A stretch of DNA of 63,806 nucleotides, counting the filler, from Lama guanicoe (lineage: Eukaryota): assembly GCA_013239625.1 (NCBI GenBank). It is 77 parts of 75 records of this genome, joined end to end, with 100 filler letters (N's around TTAATTAATTAA, not from the genome) between each part and the next. Parts side by side here need not be neighbours in the genome. Positions count along the whole stretch, not along the records: positions 49,883 to 50,320 come from MU054910.1; positions 50,421 to 51,025 come from MU054910.1; positions 51,126 to 51,671 come from PNXV01010625.1; positions 51,772 to 52,460 come from PNXV01010627.1; positions 52,561 to 53,224 come from PNXV01010635.1; positions 53,325 to 53,886 come from MU054916.1; positions 53,987 to 54,456 come from PNXV01010650.1; positions 54,557 to 55,294 come from PNXV01010661.1; 69 more parts are not named here. One strand, given 5' to 3'. Shown piece after piece: positions 50,076-61,699 of this stretch (the first letter of the stretch is position 1; every line of letters starts with the position of its first letter). Under the pieces are notes generated by a model. It searched no databases, had not been told where the DNA came from, and saw only the letters and a program-made list of their open reading frames with translations. The position numbers and the translations under genes are program-made.

Positions 50076-50786
50076 GTGTATATATACACATATATGTATA
50101 CATATGTGTGTGTATATATGTATACTTATAAACACTTAATCATAGGAAGTTGGTATTTTTGTTGTCCCTACTTTACATGTAAAGAAACTGAAACTTCATA
50201 TAATTTGTGTTTTGAAGCAACAGTATTTCAAAACTCCAGATTATTAAAAAGAATAATATCAACTAATTCTCTTGCTCAGAGGATTAACTTAGAAGAAAAT
50301 CTTTGCATGTTATGTTAATTNNNNNNNNNNNNNNNNNNNNNNNNNNNNNNNNNNNNNNNNNNNNTTAATTAATTAANNNNNNNNNNNNNNNNNNNNNNNN
50401 NNNNNNNNNNNNNNNNNNNNTGATTTGATACAAATAAACAAGGTTTTCTGGTCTGATTTAAAAAATTTCATTTAGAAATGAGTGTTTTTCTTTTTGTAAT
50501 TTTCGAGCCAAGATCCTTCCTCTCTTCTAGTCATGCGTCAAGTTGAACTTTTAGCGAAGACATACCATATTACAAGAAAAAGGAAAAGGAATAAACACTG
50601 ATATAAAAGGTCAAAGCTAAGTAACTGAGCTCTGGCAGTTTTTCTTCCTCTTATGATTGATAGAAAAGGAAATTGAAATGTGGAAATCCTGGTTTAAAAT
50701 TAGTTGTTCTTTCTATCAAGTTAATATTACATATCTGCTAAATGTTGTAGTACATATAATATATAACTGCGTCACGTAGTGCTAGT

Positions 50787-50952
50787 TTAAGATCCTCGGT
50801 TGTTTGAATTTGAGGATGCAAAGCCCACGGATGCAGATATGGGGGGCCAAGTAGGGAACTTGAGCATCCTTGGATTTTGGTGTCCACAGGGGGTCCTGGG
50901 AAAAAACCCTCCCCTGCTCCCACCCCCAAGCAGATACCTAAGGACAACAGTG
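50787..50952 (-). mobile_element. MER2/Tigger-type fragment (second copy of the same locus)
   Basis: Near-identical to 49912-50075 including flanks. Confidence 0.75.
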
Positions 50953-51879
50953 TGTATATATACATATATATGTATATATATATGTATACTTATAAACACT
51001 TAATCATAGGAAGTTGGTATTTTTGNNNNNNNNNNNNNNNNNNNNNNNNNNNNNNNNNNNNNNNNNNNNTTAATTAATTAANNNNNNNNNNNNNNNNNNN
51101 NNNNNNNNNNNNNNNNNNNNNNNNNAACTTGTTTATGTATTTAATTTAGTCCCATGCATCTGTCATTAAGGGTAGTGTTAGATATTTTAATAAGGAGACA
51201 GAAATGCTTTTCACTGGCGACAAATTTTTTTCCCTAAGACAGATTTACCTATATTTTCTCCTTTCAGCTAGACTCCTTTATGTCTTTTTGTCTTTGTTGT
51301 GTGAGCAAGAAATTTCAGAATGATGTTGGTAAAATGGGGTCATGTGGATTACCCATTCAATACTTAATGTCAAAAGCATTTAGCACTTCACTGATGACTA
51401 ATACTTTTGATTAGATAGATATTCATCACTGCTGACTTCTACTGTTCTTTTAAAGTGTTAGAAATGTTTGTTGAACTTTACCAAATGACGGATCATCTAT
51501 CGGAAGGAGTTTTGTTTCCTAATTTGTTCAATGGACATTTTATGCTGTAGACAGATGGCCATCTATTATCTTAACATCTTGCTTTTATTGATCAGAATCA
51601 ACCCTACTGTGGTGTTTATTACCCTCCAGGGCCACCAGGCCATGAGAGTTCTCATAACTACTATTATTTCTNNNNNNNNNNNNNNNNNNNNNNNNNNNNN
51701 NNNNNNNNNNNNNNNTTAATTAATTAANNNNNNNNNNNNNNNNNNNNNNNNNNNNNNNNNNNNNNNNNNNNCTGAGGCAATATTTGTTAATAAGGCCCTT
51801 TCCTCATCTCTTCTGAGCCATCATTTCTTTCTCTGCATAATGAGGGTTTAGACTAGATAAGTGCTTTTCAGTTTCTTTT

Positions 51880-52312
51880 AAAGCAATGGTCCCTTTGAGA
51901 AACAGAAAATGCAAATCTCTCCTCTCAAACCAACCCTTTAGATTTTGATAAATCCTCCAAGGAGTGACATAGCTATTTGTGGAAAATTGAAGTGACTGTG
52001 ATTCCAGGTGGCACAGAAGAGACTTCAGAGATTTATTGCAGGGAGAGTGCAGGAAAGAGGCAGTATGTCACACTTTCTAGTGTGAGCATTGGAGCAGGGG
52101 CTTGGATTTAAATACGGTGTCTGACATGGCCTCTCTCTAATCTTGTACAATATCTACCTCAGTTTCTTGATGTGTCAAGATGGAGTGATAATATTTTAGG
52201 GCTTTAGTGAAACATTATACACAGAATCCATTTGTGTCTCGGTAGAAACAGACCTGCTAGGGATTCAGGGATTTAAAAGAAAAAAGAATCTTGTCCTTAG
52301 CACTGTGTCGGT
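51880..52312. repeat. Low-copy duplicated segment, paralog of 15388-15853
   Basis: Reverse-complement alignment with scattered substitutions and indels. Confidence 0.85.
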
Positions 52313-52619
52313 TTGTATTTCGAAGTTCCTGGTGGGTGAGGCTTGAGTCTAAAGTCCATCGTGGGACAGATGGCCCATAGTTCTCTTTGCCCCAGATTGC
52401 CCCCTCCTCCACAGTCCTCTTCATCAGTCCAGGATGAAGTTCCCTAGTAGATTTACACAGNNNNNNNNNNNNNNNNNNNNNNNNNNNNNNNNNNNNNNNN
52501 NNNNTTAATTAATTAANNNNNNNNNNNNNNNNNNNNNNNNNNNNNNNNNNNNNNNNNNNNACCAGCAACAATATGGATACAAAATTAAAGAAATAGAAGA
52601 AAAAAATTCCGTGTGCTGC

Positions 52620-52900
52620 CTTTAGGATTTACTCTCTAACAATTTTTATATATAACATGTAGCACTTAATTATATATATAATTTATTCTATCTATTATAT
52701 ATATAATTTATCAGTTTGTACATATCAGCTCCAGTATTTATCTTACTATAGCTGGAATTTGTAGTGACTTTTGACTGTCTTCATCCAGCTCCCCCTCTCC
52801 CTCACCTCTGGTATCCACAAATCTCTTTTTCTATGAGTGTTTTGTATGTGTGCTTTTGAAGTAAAAGGCACCTACGACACTCTTGTTAGTTCCTGTTACA
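52620..52900 (-). mobile_element. Old LINE-1 3' UTR fragment (L1M-type)
   Basis: ttaggatttactctctaacaatttt..ctccagtatttatctt..atagctggaa..cacctctggtatccacaaatct. Confidence 0.65.
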
Positions 52901-53759
52901 AGCACGCTGTGTTTTAAGCATCAAAGGGGAGCTCTGGTTTGCCCTCCTGTTCTGAGACAAGTCAGAGAACATTTCCAAAGACCAAACTGTGCTGCCGAGA
53001 ACTGACGACTACAGCTCCGGGTTTACGCTGAAAGGTTTACACTGAAAAGCGTGTTACCTCGAAACGATCTACTTTAACTGATTCAGAATCTTACCCTTTT
53101 ACCCCTCAATTTCTTGTACGGATTTCTAGACTTTTTAACATTCTCTGCACTCAAGTAGAGTTGATTTATAAAGTTGTGTTAGTTTCTGGTAGATTATCAC
53201 ACTAAGTGAATGCCGCTACGTTTTNNNNNNNNNNNNNNNNNNNNNNNNNNNNNNNNNNNNNNNNNNNNTTAATTAATTAANNNNNNNNNNNNNNNNNNNN
53301 NNNNNNNNNNNNNNNNNNNNNNNNGGAGGGGGCCAGGGCAGTAAGGGGAGTTGAATATTGAAATACATTGCTAGTATTTCTAAAAATTAAACTATCTTTT
53401 TATTTCTTCAACACACAAAACAGTGATGGACAGGCACTAAAATAAAGCCAGCAACATGTGAAACTCAAGGTCAAATATAACTGAAGAGTTATTTCACTGT
53501 AAGAATGAGGACAAGGCCACTTTCTAAATTATTTACATCCATTTCATAGCATATAGATGAACTTTAACCATTAAGTAGCGTAAAATGTTCCCTGTGTGTT
53601 GAGCACCTCTCATTCGATAAACTATTCTCAGAGGACTATGCATTTTTCGGAGCTGAAACAACTCTTCAAGGCCACCCTGGCCATGTAACGGGTGATGCTC
53701 AAGGTGTCGAAAATCTCCCTCAAATTTTCACTCCTAAGTATTAATACAAGAAACTAGGA

Positions 53760-53886
53760 AACAAAACAGGAAAGAAGCAGACTCACAAATACAGAGAACA
53801 AACTAGAGGTTACTGGGGGGGAGGGGGAACATGGGGGAGGGGGAGGCATGAACTATTGGGTGTAAGACAGACCCAAGGATGGACTG
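53760..53886 (+). mobile_element. Old LINE-1 3' UTR fragment
   Basis: aagaagcagactcacaaatacagagaacaaactagaggttact..aactattgggtgtaagacag. Confidence 0.7.
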
Positions 53887-54556
53887 NNNNNNNNNNNNNN
53901 NNNNNNNNNNNNNNNNNNNNNNNNNNNNNNTTAATTAATTAANNNNNNNNNNNNNNNNNNNNNNNNNNNNNNNNNNNNNNNNNNNNAGAGGCTGGCTCAC
54001 CTGTATCTGGTGGACAAATGGACCGCTAAAGGGGATCGAAGGTTCCACTCTGTTTCAGCCAGTGGGCATTCATAGCCGGGTCTGTGGTTTGCCTCAGCAG
54101 CCGCGCTGGCCTCCCTGCACCGGCCTTTATTTTAACCCATGTTGGCAGTAAATAGCTGACTCCGTGTCTGTTGCAGCTGAAGACGGCCGTGTCGTTAGTT
54201 TGTGGTAGTGAGACACCAACACCTCAGTCAGCCGTGAAGGAAGATGCTTTGGCCGACCTAGGACGTTGCATTCTCACCCCCACCATGGTTCATCTCACCC
54301 GGGGGAAGGGTTTGGCCACCACCATCATGCTGACCATGAGGCCTTGTTTCTTCTTTCATACTCTGGTCCAAATGTCAACTCTGCGTTTTTCACTGACTTG
54401 GTCTCGTTTGAGACAGGCCAGAATTTCTGAATGAGTCCATCACATTCTGGGTGGGGNNNNNNNNNNNNNNNNNNNNNNNNNNNNNNNNNNNNNNNNNNNN
54501 TTAATTAATTAANNNNNNNNNNNNNNNNNNNNNNNNNNNNNNNNNNNNNNNNNNNN

Positions 54557-55180
54557 TCCCACCATCTCTCAACTGGCCCAATCCAAGAGCCTCCTACCCG
54601 GCCTCTCTGCTACCTGGGTCCCTGCCGTTCATTCTCCACATTATCTTTGCAAAATGTGAGTGAGAGAAAATTACTTTGGTCCTTAAACTATCATGACTGC
54701 TTCTCACTGCGCTTAGAGTCTACACTCCTTTCCGTGCTCCTGATGCCCTTCTAAACCGCGCATCTCAGCACCCTCACCAGCGCTGGCTCCAGTATCTCCT
54801 CAAACCTGCTGAGCACATTTGTGCCTTGGGGCCAATGGACAAGCTGCCTCTATTCCATGGGTGACTTTCCCCAGATCCTCAAAGTCCAGCCTCCTTATCG
54901 CCATCTCAGCTCACATGTAACCTACTCAAAGATAGCTTTCTTGACTCACTTCCCCCCAAGTCTCCCATCTCAACACTGTGTTATTTCTTCATTTCAATCT
55001 GACATTGTTTCCTTACTCGCCCGATTATTTTTTTTCTTGGTTGTCCTTGTCCTACATCCCCCCAGCAGCCTTGCCCAAACAGCATAAGCTCCCAGGGAGC
55101 AGCCAGCACTGGTGCTCTGAGAAGACACATGCTGAGAGCGACATTACAATCACGTGGTGTAGTGAAACGGTGTTGAACAG
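54557..55180 (+). mobile_element. L2 LINE 3' fragment (ancient)
   Basis: agcctcctacccggcctctctgc..cattctccaca..ctcagctcacatgtaacctactcaaagatagctttcttgac. Confidence 0.65.
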
Positions 55181-55394
55181 CAGATATAGCAAAGCAGTGA
55201 GAATTTCTCTCTTATTTTATAATTTAAATGATCATTTACTACTGCTTAATAAAGAATTTGGTAGGTCTTTGTTCCCAGTTCCTAGACAGCAACCNNNNNN
55301 NNNNNNNNNNNNNNNNNNNNNNNNNNNNNNNNNNNNNNTTAATTAATTAANNNNNNNNNNNNNNNNNNNNNNNNNNNNNNNNNNNNNNNNNNNN

Positions 55395-55556
55395 CTCTAC
55401 TAGCTATATGATCTTGGTAAAAAATTTTATACTGTTTGGTGCTCAGTACACTCATTTTTTAAAAAGGGGAAGCAGAGATAAATAATGTATGGTATGTAAA
55501 CCATAGAGCACAGAGCCAGTGCATGGCAAACACTCAATAAGAGAGCGTTATTATTC
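55395..55556 (+). mobile_element. MIR SINE fragment
   Basis: tactagctatatgatcttggtaa..ctcag..ctcat..tagagcacagagccagtgcatggcaaacactcaataa. Confidence 0.7.
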
Positions 55557-56770
55557 GAATAAGGAGTCTTTAAACCTCTTTAAACCTCTTTAAAGGGCAG
55601 CTATTTTAGACTTTACAGTTCATCANNNNNNNNNNNNNNNNNNNNNNNNNNNNNNNNNNNNNNNNNNNNTTAATTAATTAANNNNNNNNNNNNNNNNNNN
55701 NNNNNNNNNNNNNNNNNNNNNNNNNACTGACCCTCAACTGTCCCTCAACTGTCCCTCCAGAGCCAGTGTCCCTGGGAGTGCGCACAGAGGCCCGGAGGCC
55801 CAGTGTGCCTGGTGCGCACATGGGAGCCTAAGGCATTTCAAATCTCTGCAATTGCTTGTGGGCCATTTTGGATTCCTTCCAAATGGTGGTGCTAGGTGGC
55901 TAAGCATTTCCGGACATTTCCAGAAGTGAGGCTTGCCCCTGAGAAAGCCATGTTTGTATGCAACTGCGGTTAGAGTGGGGTGGAACCACAGGATGCTGAA
56001 GGTCTAGTCCCCCAGAGAGCTCCCCACCAAAAATCTCTACATCTCCTTATCCCTCAGTGTGTTCCTTTCCCCATCCCTCTGGGCCCCAGCCAGTCTCCAG
56101 GGAATTTAGCAGATGCAAACAGCAGAAAGCTGTTTTCATGGTTTCAGAGATTATGGCACTATGTATCATTAAGTACAAACTTGAGAAACCAACACACGCT
56201 CTCCAGATGAAACGAAAATGTGTTTCCACATGTCTGCTGACCCTGCTCCGTGGCTCAGCCTTATGTTTACACACTTTCTTCACTTTATTTTTTTTGCTTT
56301 TATTTCCACCAATTAAATCTTGAAGCAATCTGAGATTTATTTGGGAGCATGGTATAACATTTGAGAACTTTTTAACCACGTGACTATGAAATCACCACGT
56401 CAGTTACTCAGCGAGACCACGCTGCTGGCTGACCACTTGCAGGAGTGGGAGAAGGCAGGGCAGGCCTCTTCTTCCTGCCTAACTCCATCCTTCCTCAGCT
56501 GGCTAATCATGGCTTCCGGCCCTGCCAGGATCAAAACTACAGGGGGCAGTAGAGTTCCTAAGTGGCTGACACTCCTGGGAGCTGGTCTTGAGTGAACTGG
56601 ACCTGGCAAATGTTTTGAAGTTAACTTCTCTCAGGGGCATTTCTGTGCCCCACCTGCCCTCACCTGCAACNNNNNNNNNNNNNNNNNNNNNNNNNNNNNN
56701 NNNNNNNNNNNNNNTTAATTAATTAANNNNNNNNNNNNNNNNNNNNNNNNNNNNNNNNNNNNNNNNNNNN

Positions 56771-57109
56771 CATTTGGCATTTGTGGATTTTTAAAAGGCG
56801 GCCATTCAGACTGGTGTGAAGTGATGCCTCATTGTAGTTTTGATTTGCAATTCTCTGATTATTAGTGATATTGAGCATTTTTTCATGTGCTTTTTGATCA
56901 TTTGTATGTCTCCCTTGGAGAATTGCTTATTTAGGTCTTCTGCCCATTTTTGGATTGGGTTGTTTATTTTTTTCTAATTGAGTTGTATGTGCTGCTTATA
57001 TATTTTAGAGATCAAGCTTTTGTCAGTTTAACTTACAAAAATTTTCTTCCGTTCTGTAGATTTTATTCTTGTTTTATTTCTGGTTTCCTTTGCTCTGCAG
57101 AAGCTTGTA
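56771..57109 (-). mobile_element. LINE-1 ORF2 3' region
   Basis: ggccattcagactggtgtgaagtgatgcctcattgtagttttgatttgca. Confidence 0.9.
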
Positions 57110-58383
57110 NNNNNNNNNNNNNNNNNNNNNNNNNNNNNNNNNNNNNNNNNNNNTTAATTAATTAANNNNNNNNNNNNNNNNNNNNNNNNNNNNNNNNNNN
57201 NNNNNNNNNAGTTTTGAGGAAAAGTATCTTGTCTGGAGGCAATACAATTATTTTCATTGTTGGAAATTTTCTAGCTTCCAGAAGCACATCTGCAGGTGAT
57301 TCTGTAAAAGTCTAGAGTTGACTTAAATAGCAGGAAATTTTAGCCTATTGAAATCAGGAGAAGTGAAATATTTTTGCCTACCACCGCCACCACCACCAGC
57401 AGCAGGCAAGCACGTGTACACCCAGAAAGATTTCACATCAGACGGAATGACAAAGCTGGTTCTGTTACCGAGGCCAAACTNNNNNNNNNNNNNNNNNNNN
57501 NNNNNNNNNNNNNNNNNNNNNNNNNNNNNNNNNNNNNNNNNNNNNNNNNNNNNNNNNNNNNNNNNNNNNNNNNNNNNNNNNNNNNNNNNNNNNNNNNNNN
57601 NNNNNNNNNNNNNNNNNNNNNNNNNNNNNNNNNNNNNNNNNNNNNNNNNNNNNNNNNNNNNNNNNNNNNNNNNNNNNNNNNNNNNNNNNNNNNNNNNNNN
57701 NNNNNNNNNNNNNNNACCATGTGGGTCAGGCTGTGGTGTCCCTGTAAACCTCCAACAAAACAAAGGTTATTCTCTATTTTGCAACTTGCCATCCCTGCAT
57801 AAGTGCAGAAGTTCTAACATCATTAAAGGTCAGAGCCCCAAGAATAGGCTTTTCTGTTGGTTTTAGGCTAAAGGCAACGTTGTTTTACAAAAGGTGCAGA
57901 GCCAGAAAGTTTAAGCCTGGAAAACAGGACACAGTGCTTCAAACTAAATGAACAGATCCAATGTGGCGTCAGATTTGTTCTCTATTAGTTCGAGTTAGGG
58001 GAAATTTTTCAGTAGAAAATCCCCTCAGTTTTTTTTCTTGCTTTACCTGATATCTTATTTGTTGTCTTGTGGTCTCATGGTGTCTAAACCATATGTTCAG
58101 ATGAATACTGTTAAAATCATATGGCGCATAAAACATATCTGTTCTGCTTCAAAAAATGACTGAAACATTTAGCTTTGTTTATTCCCATAGAATTTGGATT
58201 GAATCATTTCTCAAATTTCTTCTTCCTTCAAAAAAGTATTTTACTGGAGGGATTAAAGCCCAAATTAAAGAATTTTGCAGGGANNNNNNNNNNNNNNNNN
58301 NNNNNNNNNNNNNNNNNNNNNNNNNNNTTAATTAATTAANNNNNNNNNNNNNNNNNNNNNNNNNNNNNNNNNNNNNNNNNNNN

Positions 58384-58835
58384 TAGTTTGGTGCAGTTGT
58401 TATGGAAAACAGTATGGAGATTCCTTAAAAAACTAAAAAGAGAGTCACTATATGATCCAGCAATCCCACTCCTGGGCATATATCCAGAGGGAACTCAAAT
58501 TTGAAAAGAATACATGCACCCCAGTGTTCATAGCAGCACTATTTACAGTAGCCAAGACATGGAAACAGCCTAAATGTCCACTGACAGATGACTAGATAAA
58601 GAAATTGTGGTATATTTATACAGTGGAATACTACTCAGCCATAAAAAGAATAAAATAATGCCATTTGCAGCAACATAGATGGACCTGGAGATTGTCATTC
58701 TANNNNNNNNNNNNNNNNNNNNNNNNNNNNNNNNNNNNNNNNNNNNNNNNNAAGAAAAATAGATATCACTTATACGTGGAATCTGAAAAAAAAAAAAGAC
58801 ACAAATTAACTTACTTACAAAACAGACACAGACTC
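58384..58835 (+). mobile_element. LINE-1 ORF2 C-terminus and start of 3' UTR
   Basis: tatgatccagcaatcccactcctgggcatatatcca ([12 protein letters not shown]); gccaagacatggaaacagcctaaatgtcca (AKTWKQPKCP). Confidence 0.93.
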
Positions 58836-58935
58836 NNNNNNNNNNNNNNNNNNNNNNNNNNNNNNNNNNNNNNNNNNNNTTAATTAATTAANNNNNNNNN
58901 NNNNNNNNNNNNNNNNNNNNNNNNNNNNNNNNNNN

Positions 58936-59438
58936 TAATGTATTAGTGTTGTTTTCTCCCTTAATGTCCGTTAGCGCTTGCTTACTACATTTAGGTGCTC
59001 CTGTACTAGGTGCGTACATGTTATGCATGTTCTGTTCTCTTCTTGTGTTGATCCTTTCTCATTATGTAATGCCCTTCTTTGTCCTTTATTACAGACTTTA
59101 AAAAAATTTTTAAAGTCTCCTTTGTCTGATATGAGTATTGCTGCACAGCTTTCTTTTTGTTTCCATTTGCATGGATATCTTCTTTCATCCTCTCTCTTTC
59201 ACTCTGCATGTGTCTTTAGCTCTGAAGTGAGTTTCTTGTAGGCATCATATAAAGGTCTTGTTTTTTATCCAATCAGCCATCCTATGTAGTTGGATTGGGT
59301 CATTTAGTCCAAGTGATTATTGATAATTATGTACTTATTCTCATTTTGTTAATCGTCTTCTGATGTTTCTGTAGTTCTTCTCTTTTTTTGTCTTCTCTTA
59401 GTCTCTTACGTTGTATTTTGATAACTTTCATTAGTTAA
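58936..59438 (-). mobile_element. LINE-1 ORF2 endonuclease N-terminus
   Basis: IHANGNKKKAV..KDKEGHYIM on the minus strand. Confidence 0.85.
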
Positions 59439-59538
59439 NNNNNNNNNNNNNNNNNNNNNNNNNNNNNNNNNNNNNNNNNNNNTTAATTAATTAANNNNNN
59501 NNNNNNNNNNNNNNNNNNNNNNNNNNNNNNNNNNNNNN

Positions 59539-60667
59539 TTCCATTTCTTCTTGCTGCTTATCCTTTCAGGGGAGAATTCTCAACCTTCCTTTTAGAATAA
59601 GTTTCGAACTGCTGAATTCTTTTAAGATTTGCAAGTCTGTGGCATTCTCTAGCTCTGCTGTTATTAGAAATGGTGGTCATGTGGCATAGGCTACCCTAGA
59701 TGGCAGCATTTTGCCATTCAAGCTATGGTCTGTNNNNNNNNNNNNNNNNNNNNNNNNNNNNNNNNNNNNNNNNNNNNNNNNNNNNNNNNNNNNNNNNNNN
59801 NNNNNNNNNNNNNNNNNNNNNNNNNNNNNNNNNNNNNNNNNNNNNNNNNNNNNNNNNNNNNNNNNNNNNNNNNNNNNNNNNNNNNNNNNNNNNNNNNNNN
59901 NNNNNNNNNNNNNNNNNNNNNNNNNNNNNNNNNNNNNNNNNNNNNNNNNNNNNNNNNNNNNNNNNNNNNNNNNNNNNNNNNNNNNNNNNNNNNNNNNNNN
60001 NNNNNNNNNNNNNNNNNNNNNNNNNNNNNNNNNNNNNNNNNNNNNNNNNNNNNNNNNNNNNNNNNNNNNNNNNNNNNNNNNNNNNNNNNNNNNNNNNNNN
60101 NNNNNNNNNNNNNNNNNNNNNNNNNNNNNNNNNNNCTATGTGTGATTCTGACCGAGGGATTTCTGTTCCCCTGTCTTCAAAGTCATTCACGCGTCCCTCT
60201 GCAATATCTCGTTTTCTTAGGATGGAATGTTAGCCCTGATATATTCTCAACCACTGAGTTTTCTGATATTATTTGGCTCGTCTTTAGGCTTTCTCTTCCC
60301 CTTTTCTGGTATTCTGCCTTTTGTGATTCTGAGACACTGTTGTTCTTCAGTGTTTCCCTCACCTCCATTTTCAATACTTGCTCTGGAGAGCGTTTTGCAG
60401 TCTAGTTGTCTGAAAGCTTATCTTTAGGGCCTTCAATCTCTTTGGAACTGAAAATGGTACTTCCTTTTCCTTTTACTGTATTTCTTCATCTCTACTGGTC
60501 AGGTAATTTCAGGTATCTAATGTAGACTTCTAGGGCTTGGTTAAGTGGAAACTTTAGACTCTTGGCTCAACACAATTGCATGGGATTTCTGTGAGGACAA
60601 ATATTCCTAGACATTGAGGCCATGTCCTTTTCCTGTGTGTGTTGTCTGGTCTATCTCCAATTGCTGG
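59539..60667 (-). repeat. L1-derived repeat unit spanning dead ORF1 from start to end
   Basis: Overlaps 33834-34015, 44707-44815 and 46607-46796. Confidence 0.85.
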
Positions 60668-60767
60668 NNNNNNNNNNNNNNNNNNNNNNNNNNNNNNNNN
60701 NNNNNNNNNNNTTAATTAATTAANNNNNNNNNNNNNNNNNNNNNNNNNNNNNNNNNNNNNNNNNNNN

Positions 60768-61599
60768 TACCACATTCTATATTCTGCATTCTGTATACTG
60801 TATACTATATTCTTTGATTTACATTCTATATTCAAAGTGCTATATATAGTATTCTGTATTCTATAATCTAAATTCTGTGTTCTGCATTCCATGTTGTAAA
60901 TTCTGAGTTCTATATTCTCTACCATATTCCATATTGTGTGTTTTTCATTCTATATTCTACATACTATATTCTGCATTCCGTATTCTATGTTTTATGTTAT
61001 ATGTTCTACATTCTGTATTGTAAATTCTATATTCAGAATTCTGTATTCTATATTCTAAATTCTGTGTTCTATATTCCATGTTCTAAATTCTGTGTTCTAT
61101 ATTCCGTATTTTCTATTCTATATTTTGAGTTCTAAATTCTATATTCTAAATTCTATATTCAGTATTTTGTTTTCTATTTTCTATATACTGTGTTCTGCAA
61201 TCCATGTTCTATATTCAATATTCAATATTCTGTATTCTATATTCCAAATTCTGTCTTGTGTATTCTATGTTCTAAATTCTATATTCAGTATTTTGTATTC
61301 TATTTTCTAAATTCTGTGATCTGCATTCCATCTTTTAAATTCTGGGTTCTATATTTACTATTCTATATTCCATATTCTGTGTTCTACATTCTATATTCTA
61401 AATTCTATATTGAGAATTCAGTATTCGATTTTCTAAATTCTGTGTTCTGCACTCCAAGTTCTAAATTCTATATTCAGTATTCTGTGTTCTGTATTCTACA
61501 TATATTCTTCATTCGGTGTTCTACATACTATACACTAAATTCCATATTCTGGATTCTGTATTCTATATTCTAAATTCTGTGTTCTGCATTCCATTTCTA
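60768..61599. repeat. AT-rich heptamer satellite with 126-bp period
   Basis: Marker heptamer pair at 61069, 61195, 61321, 61447. Confidence 0.95.
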
Positions 61600-61699
61600 N
61601 NNNNNNNNNNNNNNNNNNNNNNNNNNNNNNNNNNNNNNNNNNNTTAATTAATTAANNNNNNNNNNNNNNNNNNNNNNNNNNNNNNNNNNNNNNNNNNNN

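Noticed and set aside
54300..54456. Minus-strand HPECDGLIQ resembling a retroviral integrase motif
   Set aside because: No other integrase residues are recognisable and the frame soon stops.
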